Source: Perkinsus olseni (lineage: Eukaryota). Taken from it: a stretch of DNA of 64,000 nucleotides. A model generated the notes under the pieces. It saw only the letters and a list, made by a program, of their open reading frames with translations. It was not told where the DNA came from and made no database searches. Shown here piece after piece: positions 52,247 through 64,000 of the stretch. Position 1 is the stretch's first letter; every line of letters begins with the position of its first letter. The position numbers and the translations under genes were made by a program. The stretch spans positions 1 to 64,000 of the forward strand of contig JABANN010000100.1 of assembly GCA_013115125.1 (NCBI GenBank), given 5' to 3'.

Positions 52247-55223
52247 CGCTGAATGATAGAGACTCCTGTGGACCACTGTTCAGTATCGAATTGTTCTGCA
52301 TATTTCTCAAATGTCTTTCCCTTATAGTTGTATTCTCATGAAGTAAATCGTTCTTATTAGATCTCTCTTACAGTAGATGATATAGTGTCCCTTCTTTCAG
52401 CTTTGTCGTGACTTCCTGGCGATCGACGGAGGCCTCAGCGTCCTCACTTCGGTCTTGCGGACGCACAAGTTCGAACAGGAAGATGCGGCGACCGAACAGG
52501 TGAATTCGTCGCGTGACCACTCTTATTACACAGTTCTCCTCCTTAGGCTCTGCAGTGCATTTTTCTACTCGCGACGGTGGTTCCAGACTGTCGAGCCACC
52601 ATCGGAAGCCAAATCGACCGATTTACTTTGGACCGTTTGCAGGGCATCAGGCACGCTTCGAGGTTGAGGGACATATTATTTCGGCCTACCAAGACCAAGG
52701 CAGCCAGCAACCGATAGTTGGATGTGGGGAGAGGCTTCAATGAACCATTGCGCGGCTGTAAACTGTGTTTTTTACTTCACCCTGCCCCTTCGGGGCCACT
52801 GACCATACGGTGTCTCTCATTGCCAATTTCTTGTGTCCAGTAAATGGTAGCGGCCTCCGTCGTGATCGTCCCGGATATAAGGTTGACGTATGGGGGTGTC
52901 GCTCAAAGGTTGAGCCTCAACTTTGTCCAGAAGTTAATCAGTCCGACGCGTAGCTACGTTCTTGGAGGCTCCAACTTGAGGCCCTTTCTTTTCTTTGCTA
53001 TTCCTGCATGGCCGTGACGCCTCGGCGTGTCGTAGGCCACTTGAGTAACGAGAGCTCCACTAAGTGGAGTCCACTTTTACTCGAGCCCTACACTCGAGCT
53101 GATGATAACGAGATTTCGCGGCGCAGTCCCTGACAGGGCCAAAAACACGGTGTTTATTTTTGAGCGTAATTTCTTCAGTATGGAAGGTCAGCGTCGAGCT
53201 ACTCAGAGCACCTATAGTACGTTTCGAAAGCCTCATGCTCGGACAGCACAGGGCGCCCTCCGGTCATGGCTTTCGCCTGCCATAGTTATAGAATATCCCT
53301 CCACTGTTTTGTCTCCGCGTACCACTAAGAAGAGTTATTACGCTCTGTAGGCTTTGCCGTCAGTGCTGGCCGAAGGTGCCATTCAAAGACAGCATTTGCA
53401 ATCACATCATGGCATGCCACTCCATTACCACCGAAGCAGTCGATAAGCTTTATCGCTCGAAGGGATGAGTTATGAGCGGAGCACAGCAAGTAGCAACAGG
53501 CACATCGAAGTCACGGAGTACGGACTCTGCATGCAAGCGATGCGTTATTTCATCTCTCATCTGCTGCTCTGCTAGGAATGCATTTTGATCTGCTGAGCAG
53601 CCGTGGGATGTCCCTCGATTGTCTAGCCAGTATTTCGCACCCTGGTTACATTACTCGCTTCGACTGTGAGGAATCTTCACAGAACTCGTTTCGGAGTCAT
53701 ACTGTCTGGTACTGTCTGGTTTCATTCTCCCACGGAAATTATATTATAAGGGGAGCCTTATTTTACAACGAACTTTGGTGGCAGTGAGGGAAAGCCACTC
53801 AAGGACTACTTCAGTACGTCACACGATGGTTCCGGTACACCATATCATATGGTCCAGAAAACCGTATCAAGGGAGGATATGGTCCATATGCTCTCTTGGT
53901 ACGGTTTTCTGTTGAAGGACCAAAATTCGGACTCTGAGCATACGGACGGTCTCCAGCTCCGGCGACACTCCGGGAAGAAAACAGTGTTTTTGCTGAAGCG
54001 AAGAATGGGTGTACTTAAGCAATCTGAAGGAGAGCTTAGTTGGAGAGCGAAGCAAAGGCGATTGAGCCCCTCAATTTGAGGACAACACCTCATCAGCTGT
54101 TCCCATGGCAAGAGCCAAATTGACGCAGCTGTCGTCCAAAGAAGGCTGAGGGAGTACGGAAGGTTCAGCTTCAATTTCATCATAAGCGAAAATAGTTTCA
54201 TTCTTCCGGATCGTAAGTCGTTCAAGATTCGCGGATGCAGCCGTTTAAAGTCTGTTCGATTGACGTCGCTAAAGTAATCTGAGGATTTTCAAACGTTTCT
54301 TCTATTTTGATCGTTTTAAACAATTCGTTTTTGCGAACGAGGATTTTGTTATCCACGGTTTAGGGTGAATATGTTCGGCCTGATTCTTCCATGACATTTC
54401 CTCATCGTTGTCTCTACCTCGGGTGGATCCCTTTCTCGAGTGACTCGAGTCGGGTCCGATCGAGGGTACTATCCTCAGGGTAGTCTACCCTGGGTAGATG
54501 ATTCATCGGCCTAGGCCAATCGGACCGACGCCTACCTACTTTTTTAGGACCGCTCGGTTTCTTTCCTGTTCTTGCACGTCGTGCAGTGCGCGACTCGAGT
54601 AACGCCAGCTCAACAGCACTTCAAGAGTTTTTCCTTGAGCTGCGATTGACAGTAGCAAGAGCCTGCGTCGCAGGCCCTGCGACACATGCCCTATGTCACG
54701 CACAGTATTTCTTAGAGACTTCCGCGACTAGAGAAGACAGCCGTGTACCCCCTAAATACTATACTCATATATTTAAATTAACGCAAAGAGTTTCAGTTCG
54801 ATGGTAAAACTAGTGATGCCCAGAATGAACGGCTACCGGATTCGTAATATTGATACCGATGATAACCTCAGCGCAACATTGTTGCTGATATCGATGTTGC
54901 TACAATGTCACAAAACCGGCAAATCAATTGCTCTAGTCTGACAGTAGCGAAGAAACGGCGAATTTGTAGTTGCTCCTTTCCGGAGAGGAATCAACGGCGT
55001 AGTTGATAGTTGCTGCTTCGAACGCAGCAAATGCTGCGATTGTCGTATCGGCACTATAACCAAGGAACTGCTCTTCAAGGAAGTACCGTTACGGTACCAT
55101 GAGGTACCTACGGTAGGTACCATAAGGGAAAAACTTCGTCTTATAACTGGAGAGGAGCTCAGGAGCGTGAGCCTTACGCTCCTTAAGGCTTACGTTTTAA
55201 GAACCTTACGCCGTAAGGTACTT

Positions 55224-55441
55224 AACGTCCTTCGCTGAAGACTTCAGCCTGAAGTGGGGGACTTGAGGTCCTTGAGCAGGCGATCCTCAACGTTCTTCGT
55301 TGAAGACTTCAGCCTGCAGTGGGGGACTTAAGGTCGTCCAGCAGGCGATCCTCAACGTTCTTCGTTGAAGACTTCAACGCAGAACGTCAAGACTTCAATA
55401 CTTCAACTTGAAGTGGGGGACTTGAGGTCCTTGAGCAGGCG
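55224..55441. repeat. 65-bp tandem repeat, about 3 copies with one interrupted
   Basis: TGAAGACTTC recurs at 55236, 55301 and 55366; GTGGGGGACTT.AGGTC occurs three times. Confidence 0.85.
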
Positions 55442-55997
55442 GACTGAGGAATTGCTCCTTATACAGTAGCATCAAGGAGCCGACCCCTAAGGCCCTTACG
55501 TTAGGAGCGTCAGGCGCGAATCGGCTCACGAAAGATAGCGCAGCGTTATCTTGTGTGAGCCGTTGCGGCACTGCGATACTGTGACACTGACAGCGCTATA
55601 AACGCTCGAGGAAGGAATCTCGATCTGAATGATTTGTCATTACCCTTGGTGTTGTTAGGGAGAAAGCTCAAATTGTAAGCAGCATTCTAGCGGCACTTTC
55701 GGTAATTTCATCTAACGCATTTTTAGGGTTGTCCCCTACAACATGCTGGGTGGTGGTGGATGGTTTCCGGAGGGGTTGCTGTGCCACGCGACCACAAGAA
55801 ACCGCTGAGGTGTCACCATGACCATCCAGGTCATGGATCTCAGGACCCAGGCATACGAGTGCATAAGCGGGGGAATGACTGACAGGATTTCATCATTGGC
55901 GAAGATTGCGATAGAGACACAATAGGGACAGCGTGGTCGATCCCATTCATATGCCCCCACTCGCTGGTATCAACTTGATACTATCAAGAAAGGGGAC

Positions 55998-56450
55998 TTG
56001 GTCACCCTAACTTACTTGGGCACGTTCACTTTCACTACCCAGTTGCAAAGTGGAGCCATCAGCTGCGAGCTGGTGTCGCGCGAGATGCGGGATGGTGTGT
56101 ATGTGTACAAGGAGGCTGGGGATCCTCCACCCTTTGAGGTACATTTTGACACGAGCAAGCGGTCAGGTGGCTTCCCGTTGAGTGTATGGATCGGCTGTTA
56201 CAAGAACTTCGTTAAAAACCCCGATACGCTCTATTACTACCGAACTTTCTCTCTCCCCTACGAGCCTTATGTCCTAGGCTCTGGCTCGGAAGGTTATGTG
56301 AAGGACTTATTTCGATTGGCCAGGCAAGCCTGCCCAACTAAAGATTTTAATGACAACGACTTCAAAGAGGTGATCGCCGCCAACGAGCAAACCATTTACT
56401 TGACATTTGCTGGTGCTACTAGAGCCCGCACATATAGGGGTCCGGTGTAG
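55998..56450 (+). CDS. Hypothetical protein (last exon or gene relic)
   Basis: 150-codon protein-like ORF; no ATG at its 5' end and an upstream in-frame stop at 55923-55925. Confidence 0.4.
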   Translation: MVTLTYLGTFTFTTQLQSGAISCELVSREMRDGVYVYKEAGDPPPFEVHFDTSKRSGGFPLSVWIGCYKNFVKNPDTLYYYRTFSLPYEPYVLGSGSEGYVKDLFRLARQACPTKDFNDNDFKEVIAANEQTIYLTFAGATRARTYRGPV

Positions 56451-58790
56451 TAAAAGCTCTACTGTAGAACGAAGAGGTTCAAGATGGTCCGTGGTTAATC
56501 GTCATTCGCTCGCCGTGAGCGGCTCACGGTCAAGTCGTCTCAAGTGCGTATATAATGAGCTTCATAACATTCTTCAACCGGGTTTTGCACCCATCATCTG
56601 CCGATCGGTTGCAGCGATCGATCGTCTACTCGGCGCTTTTGTAGGGTTTGGTCAGAAAGAGAGCAAATTCTATAATATTTTTACGATAATCATAATATGA
56701 TTTAGGGACAATTCTTTGCTGGTTGTCACGTGCGCCAGTGAGCCGATCAAATAAGGCTTCGTGACATCACCAGTTGATTTTTTACCCATTAGTAATACTT
56801 GACTCCATTTTATGAGATAATACAGAAGGGTTGAGGAACTATAAGACGACAGATTTTTTCTGGCTGTTTATCTGTGATATTCACCGTGAAGTTCGGAACC
56901 TATAGTCTCGTAACGATACTATCTTTCGCTATTGAGGAACTCCACGGATACCTGATCGCAGCTCGCACTTCGTCACTGTCGCTTCAATTTGGGACTGTTT
57001 ACAAAAGCGAGAACTCTGTTGGGTTGCATCAGAATCTTTCGTCGGTAGTCGCTTCCGGCAATACTAGACGGCAAACAGCCGGATCGCAAGAAGGTTAGCG
57101 TTTCAAGCTTCGTCATCGACGAGCGGGAATGCTTAGTGCCCCCTCAGCACCACCTAGTAGACGGAACTGTCAAAGCGTCGCTGTTTGACGCCTTATTTGT
57201 TCTGCCTACTGGGAAAATGCTTATATTAGTATCCGTGACGCATACCGTTCGACAAGCTGTAGTACAGGGGATCAAAAACGAAGAGCCCACCCCCGCTAAC
57301 TTTTCGACTCTGTAGGACATGGAGGTGCAGCTGGTACTGTTCGGAAGCTCTCAAAAAGTTCCCTTTGACGGTGTATTTAGCGATTCGCACTGTACTTGGA
57401 TTTCCAGCCCAACGAGAAAAATCCCATATGGCCTATATGATATAGGGAAAACGGGCAGAACAACATGGCAAGGGAAACAGGCAGAATCATGTGCTGAGCA
57501 GACCTATTACTGAAACATTCCTTCGTTGATACTCTGAGTATCCTTCTTGGTGACTCATCAGCGATGAGTCATCGCTGATGAGTCATCAAGATTCGGTCAG
57601 TAGATATCTTCTTCCCTAGCTTTCGTCTGTCGCCGACTACGTTCATCTGAATATACAGTAATTAGGTCTATTTGTAGCAACCCAAGAAGAGGAATGTGCT
57701 CCGATAAGAAGCTAAGCTAACTGGCGGATGATAAGAAGACAGCAGATGAAAGATTGGATTCCAGACGGCAAAACCCGGGTGTTGTGTCGTTCTCAATCAG
57801 CCAGTCTCTTAACACCGGGGTACAATGGCACAGGGGAAGAGAACGACAATGATTGTTTGAAAGAAGAATGATTAGATAGAAGAATTGCGTTTCCTTCTCC
57901 CTCCCAGTTGCACAGCAATGTCTGCTGTCTCCACAATGCAATACAGCCTAGCGACGATTCCCAATGCCATTCTTTTTTCAACTTATCACTATCGTTCTCC
58001 TGTTTTGCTTCGTCATTGAACCCTTCTAATCTTGGGTTGTTACAAAAAACTTTAGGACTTTTCGCATCACAGAAGCTTTCAATCAGCTAGGGTTGATGGA
58101 GAAGGAGGTCACAATGGGCTTGCACTCCGAGAGGCGGTGCCATTAGAAAAAACCCAGCTATGTACCACGTAGTAACTGTTATGATTTTTGGTTGAAAGAG
58201 GCCGCTTATCAGTGAGCAAGTAACGCGGGAGTGCCGCCGAGCGAAGTTGCTACACCTCCGCGGTATTATCACATCAACCTTCTCTCCAATGGTACTGTTT
58301 TCATAGTCAATCCACGAGATGCGTGCCTCACAATTGAGCTAGCAGTATGACGTTACTAATATCTTCAATGACAACCAAGGACAAGCATCGTTACCGAACG
58401 CAACGGCCAATCAGCCGTTGAATATTGATTATCAGCTTGCTTTTCTCCACGCGCTGCAGCCGACGAGCGCTTCGATATCAAAGCATCATTCAACAACGAG
58501 TAGATAGTCCAGGAACGGGAGCACTTTCGGAAAATATCAGTGCAAGGAAGTGGCCGGAAGAGGAAAAGTGACAGATGAGAAATAAGCGACGCACACAAAG
58601 TTGAAGAGGATAAAGATTACTCCTATGTCGCGCTGAGGCGCTAGAATGGGAGACCTTCATGGGTAATGCCTCCTCGCTTGTGCCACTCTGTAGATCCATT
58701 TAGGGCGAGCGACATTAATTCTGCGTTTTCATGATCTCGCGAGCCCCCAAGAATATAATTGTTGTTGTTGTTGTTTTTGTTGTTGTTGCT

Positions 58791-60404
58791 ATGATGGCCT
58801 CTCTCGATGACCTTCTCCACGATCCTGTACTGGAGGCCGATTTGAAGCGACAACAGAAGCAGGTATTATTTTCGTGGCGCGGTGACGCTAGCTTCGTAGT
58901 CCCTCTGCTCAGATTGCCTTCAACGACAACTTCCGCCATGCCTTGGCCGACAGGCGTCGATCAGCCCGGCGGTCGGAGTCCTCCTTTGCCGAAGTGGCCC
59001 CCGACTACGTATCAGCCGACAAATTCGAGGAGGCCGGCGGGGCTCCATGGCAGACGCCCGACGCGTCCCTCCCGACACTACTGGCTTTACATTCGGAATT
59101 GGTCGCATTCGGGAAGTGGCTCGGCCCAACGCTCCAGGAGAAAGCAGAGCGCCACAAAATTGTTCTCGACGTGAGAACCATCAGCAGTGCTCTGTGGCCA
59201 GAGGCGGTGGTAGTGGAGTTTGGTTCCAGTTGGACTGGGCTCAACCTCCCCGACGGTGATATCGATCTGGCGATTCAACGGTTACCGGGGCCAAACCACG
59301 TACGGGAGAATCTCAAGTTGCACATGAACCACTTCGCGAAAGCTCTTCACGTTTCCAAAATCGCCACGCATATTCACGTCATTGACACCGCGAGAGTGCC
59401 GATCGTGAAGTTCATAGACCGTCGGAGCGGCTTCTCCGTTGACGTGGCTTTCGGCCTGCAAGGAGTGGTTACCAAGAGTGGGGAATGGGTCCTTGCTAAC
59501 TGCCAGAAAATGCCACAATTGAAGCCTCTATTGATGGTAAGGCTCGTCACTTGGCAGTCTTCACGGACGTGTTTGCTTGCTCTCAGTTCCTTAAATTGTT
59601 CCTCTCCATAAGAGGCTTGAGTGAGCCATACAAGGGAGGCATTGGCAGCTACATGCTCTTTACGATGTTACTCTGTGTTTTACACTTGAGCGATGGTAAT
59701 AGGAGGGACGTTTGGATTGAACTATGGACCTATCGGTGGTGAAATTGACGCTCTACGATTATAGTGGATGGGCTGCTATATCGGTAGGTGCCAGGAGTCC
59801 CGAACATTGGCGGAAGGCCTCGCTCGGCCACATTCTCTTCGAATTCTTCCGACTTTACTCGAACGACATGAACTACAAGAAACTCGGCCTGCGGCCGCCG
59901 AACGGATCGTCCAAGCAGGCCAGTCTCTACCACCGGGAGAACCCTTCCTGGGTCATCAGTATCGAAAGCCCGGAAGATTCTTCTATTGATTTGGGCCGCG
60001 GTACCTTCGACTACCCCCACGTAATACAAGCTTTCGATAACGCTTATCTCACTATATGCTCGGGCGAGCGCAACGGTCGAAGTCTGTTGCTGGTAAGCGG
60101 CTTGCTCGGCCAAGGCAGGGGTTTTATAGACGCTCGGGCGAAACTGGAGAAGCGGCTGAAGGCTGAGGTCCGGCCGGATGTAGTAACCACTGGGTTGAAG
60201 GCCGCTAGTATGGCAGAGGGCAAGGGGCAGATCCTGTTCAACGATACCAGTGATTCTGATACAGAAAGTGACAAAACGGTCGAGAGTTCTTCGGTGTCGG
60301 AGAAGTCCGTGAAAGCGAAGCAGCCTCCGAACAAGATACGGCGAACGGTGAGGCTCGAGGACATCGGCGGTTGGAGTGACGACGATGATGATGAATCCGA
60401 GTGA
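58791..60404 (+). CDS. TRF4: Non-canonical poly(A) polymerase, TRF4/PAPD5 family, multi-exon
   Basis: LHSELVAF..LGPT..E, FGSSWTGLNLPDGDIDL, ARVPIVKF, VDVAF, RGLSEPYKGGIGSY, LGHILFEFFRLY, SIESPED. Confidence 0.92.
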
Positions 60405-61251
60405 TCGCTGTACTTTACTACGTCTGTAACTATTCTCTGGCATACCTTTTTTGTGTTCAAGTCTCGTCAACGAGAGCGCCTCGGCACACCATCGTGAGCA
60501 ATATGAAGTTGCACTTGTTACAAAACTCAACACTCGGCGCGCACGAAGCTTATCATCAAGATTCAACGAACCAACTAACGACAGCTGCCGCCGCTGAAGA
60601 GTCGGGGCGATACAGATATAAATGACGAGTCGTAAGTTGACCGGAGAGATGAGCGCCAAGGGGCAGAGGACAGGAAGAACAGGGGTAGTGATGAAGAAAT
60701 ATCTTCAACCAAGATGGTGAAGCCAAGCCATCAGGGCAACCCTTCGATGATGTTCACGACGAACAGAACGATGACGAGGACGACGCATCGGACATGTGCT
60801 AACCGTTGAGTATTTCTATGCTTCTACGCATGAGAGGGCAGACGTTTTCTTCACGATGTGCACCTCAATTTTCTTTTTAGCTCATGGGAGAGTGGTTGAA
60901 AGAAGAAAGAACCGAAATGGAGTACGTGCAAGATGCATATTAACGAAGTACAGCTGATCTAAAAGGAGCCGAAACGACTACGAGCACGATACAATGAGCA
61001 GCAAAGAGTTCAGAAGGCAATGACGAGGAACTGTTAGAGAACAGAGTTGAATTTGACTAATGGGATTCCCCGGAAAGTCAACGAGAAGCATAATGGGAAT
61101 TGAGCGAACAGTAGCAGCATCTATGTTGACCAACGAGATAGTTGGACGAAATTGATGACGGCAAGCTGAAGAGAATCTTCAGGACCAACGGGTCTGCCAC
61201 GACGAACCGTCGTCGACGATGAGTTGTTCATGTTAACGAAGAGACCTGCAA

Positions 61252-61836
61252 TCAATGGCTACTTTGATGCACACTTTGGCGCACAGCCCAACTACAACGG
61301 CATTTTCTACTTTTTCTAGATCGAGAGAGTCTGCCTCCCTCGAAAGTATGCATAAATCTGACAGCTTCTTCGTGAGTAGATAGTCGGACAAAAGCATATC
61401 CACGATTCACTCTACCCGGATTTAGAGGAACATTAACCTCATCTTTGTTGCAACCGAAGCCGTTTTCACGAAGTTCACTCGCTAGAGTAGCACGAGTGTA
61501 GCAACAGGGAACGTTTCGCAGCATCACCGACGTGCGGGCAGAGTCTTCCTTGCTAAAGTCATCGCGCCAAGCTTTTTCTTCTTCTTCTTCTTCACCAGAT
61601 AGCTGGCTCTGGGACAGCCCACTATCTGAACCAGTCAAGCTCGTTGTGGAAGCTGTTGAGCATTCATCGTACGACGGTGACTTGCAAGTGGCGCTGCTGC
61701 CAACTTCGGAGCGAGGGGATGGTCCACCGTTGATGATGTTGACATCAGGACAGGAGTATGCTCTTGTCCGAGTAGACCGGTGACTGAGGTCGATGGGGAA
61801 ATCGACGAAAGTGTTCTTTATGGGCGCGGATGCCAT
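61252..61836 (-). CDS. Mei2-like C-terminal RRM protein, single exon
   Basis: RTSVMLRNVPCCYTR, NRGYAFVRL, CRCSWAVRQ; N-terminal IKNTFVDF motif. Confidence 0.82.
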   Translation of the reverse strand: MASAPIKNTFVDFPIDLSHRSTRTRAYSCPDVNIINGGPSPRSEVGSSATCKSPSYDECSTASTTSLTGSDSGLSQSQLSGEEEEEEKAWRDDFSKEDSARTSVMLRNVPCCYTRATLASELRENGFGCNKDEVNVPLNPGRVNRGYAFVRLSTHEEAVRFMHTFEGGRLSRSRKSRKCRCSWAVRQSVHQSSH

Positions 61837-62550
61837 ACCAGAAAAGAAGAAGCCAAAGGGACAGTCAATCTAAGGACACTGAGAGGCATCGATGAGGAGG
61901 AAGAGAAGGGGATAGCGACACAATCTAGCCGCGACATCTGCTGGTGATATCGATTTGCCACGAGCTGCCCAGCGGCGACGAGGAATCGAGGTTCGTCACA
62001 AAGCGAATCATTTAACGGCGCATGTACACAATAAGTCGACAGGACAGCAGCAAAGGGTTAGCTCGACGACTTATGATGACTCTAAGAAATGAAGCGAATG
62101 AGCAGCAGGAGCAGCAGGAGTTCCGGTTTCCCGTGAATCGTCGAGCTACGCGTTGGTGAGATTTGCTCGGAATGTGGTACAACTGAATGAACTTAATTAT
62201 CGTACAACGTGTTATAGAATGTCTGTCTCGCGGCGGCTTCGGTATCACCAGCTGAGTCCTAGAAATACTGGGCCATCACTGCCATGGGAGACGGACTGAC
62301 GGTGGCTGATAATAAAAATGCAAAGCCTAGCTGTACTATGGTTGTGTCCACGAAGCAAGCGGCTGGTTGAACCCTCTGGCACGGTACGACGATGACTACT
62401 GCGAGTGCCCCGACGCTGATGATGAGCTGCTCCTATGAAATCCGTGTTGTGCTGACCGATGTTATCAAGGATAATACTTTATCCCCAGTTAAAATCCGTA
62501 AACGAGAGACACGTCGCTCCGCCTCGTGGACCGGACAACGCACGTGTGCT

Positions 62551-62648
62551 NNNNNNNNNNNNNNNNNNNNNNNNNNNNNNNNNNNNNNNNNNNNNNNNNN
62601 NNNNNNNNNNNNNNNNNNNNNNNNNNNNNNNNNNNNNNNNNNNNNNNN
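62551..62648. other. Assembly gap (N run)
   Basis: 98 consecutive n. Confidence 0.99.
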
Positions 62649-62736
62649 CTAGCTTTGCGGGCTAGCTTTGCGGGCTAGCTTTGCGGGCTAGCTTTGCGGG
62701 CTAGCTTTGCGGGCTAGCTTTGCGGGCTAGCTTTGC
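62649..62736. repeat. 13-bp tandem repeat running into the gap
   Basis: CTAGCTTTGCGGG x6 plus a 10-nt partial copy. Confidence 0.95.
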
Positions 62737-63401
62737 ACTACCCGCGTTTCAGAGCCATCGGAGGCTCAACCGAGCATTCGATGAGATGCGTCGTTTTGCT
62801 TAACCCATCCCTCCCAGACCGAGCACAAGAACCGGTCCGGTCTGCAGACTGCGCTTCGCGCTCTGATGTTCGTCCTTCGAGGCAGAATGATGATCGGATA
62901 GTCGTTAACAGTGCGTGCGCAGTCTCCAGACCCGGTTCTTCATGGACGAGCACAGCTTGTCTCCAGCGTCTCGAGTGTAGAAATCTAAACGATAAGAGTT
63001 CACGTGTCGAACTTCCCACGCCGATAGAGATTGAGTTTTATGATCTTTATTAAGAGTATGTGAATAATGAAATGGTCAACTTAGATTCACATACTAATAA
63101 TAGGCGTTTAAAGTACATATTCCTATTATAAGCCCATGGCATAGAAACCGGGCTGAAGTACAGCGAGCAGTACGAAGCTCGGAAACTAGGATAACCTTCG
63201 AATTAAACTCCGAGACCAACTTAAGTTGCAAGGCAGTGAACCCGAAGATGGTCGGCATGAACACAACAAGGGATGCATCTCATCGTTAAAAAATCCACAA
63301 CAAAACGATTGTTCACGACGTCTGACATTTCCGCGCTGCCGGGAAGAATTTACCGGCGGCGAGTCATTCGTCATCGGCCGTACAATCAACAGAACTGTTG
63401 T

Positions 63402-64000
63402 CTATGGCAACAAGGGTCGACCAGTAGTAGCGTTGTTGTTGCTGCTGCCGAAAGCCTGTCGCCACTGCAGCGCCAACTTGTGAGGGAGATCCGTGTACCA
63501 CAGGATGCCGATGAACATCATGAGGAAGCCCGCCCACGTCGCCACGAGGGTGAACCAAATCCCGTATAACGAGTACGAGCCGTCAGGGTTGTACCTAGGC
63601 AGTCGACACTCAACGCAGGATGGGCGGCTGTGACGACGCCTCACATCGGAGCGCTGATACCGAGAGCGTTCTCCTCGGTCACTTGCAGGGGTCCGCGGCC
63701 GATGTCCGTACACTGCCCGGGCGTTCCCTCGACGCGATCTACTCGATACTTGCAGTCACCAAAATGGAACTTTACTGTCTCGCCATTAGCGACTGAGGAA
63801 AGGGAAAGACGCGTGGTCGCCAACGGCAAGATTCTTCAGACGAATTCCCCATCAACGATGGTGATCGATTACAACTGACTTGAGGTGCTCAATTTCACCA
63901 CTATTGATCCACTAACCTACGGACACTAGCCCGATGGTCGCCGTCAGTTACCGCGGTTTTTACGAGGAAGGCGAGGAAGACTTGTCCCCGCTCACCATCA
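63402..64000 (-). CDS. 3' part of a membrane protein gene that continues beyond the window
   Basis: Spliced ...ETVKFHFGDCN-VRTSAADPCK-YNPDGSYSLYGIWFTLVATWAGFLMMFIGILWYTD...*, with a C-terminal TM. Confidence 0.55.

Noticed and set aside
53849-54277. ORF continuing past an in-frame TGA (readthrough or selenoprotein)
   Set aside because: No recognisable domain or SECIS; a chance ORF or pseudogene is equally likely.
55224-55441. CRISPR-like array
   Set aside because: Head-to-tail tandem units with no unique spacers, no cas genes, and a eukaryotic context.
59730-60659. 309-aa minus-strand ORF
   Set aside because: Antisense shadow of the last TRF4 exon.

Overview
Eukaryotic, gene-dense DNA with many short GT-AG introns, mostly 25-100 nt. 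The gene set and style suggest an alveolate, most like Perkinsus; this is inference, as no database was searched. Manual splicing of the fragmented ORF track gives about 20 genes: eIF4E, Tim44, a putative F-box/LRR protein with a dynein-stalk-like tail, LRRC6/DNAAF11, a WW-domain protein, an ammonium transporter, an atypical MAPK, two tandem LARP4-like paralogs, a secreted PI-PLC-X protein, a DHHC (DHYC) palmitoyltransferase, Vps16, a short Vti1 SNARE, a polypeptide GalNAc-transferase, a large protein with a Sec16-type motif, a TRF4/PAPD5 polymerase, a Mei2-like RRM protein and several hypotheticals. The most striking unexplained signal is non-coding. At least 16 tRNA 'ghost' elements keep tRNA length, spacing and the A-box/B-box invariant bases but have lost stem pairing. 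Most lie in spliceosomal introns, and in three introns the GTAA donor sits exactly at the anticodon-loop position. Three other short motifs (AATTTCGTGGCGCGTGAC, GTATCTTAGGTTGA, GCTTCGCTCCGC) each recur 12-15 times, mostly in introns of unrelated genes. Exon boundaries are hand-predicted, and gene ends flagged as uncertain are approximate.
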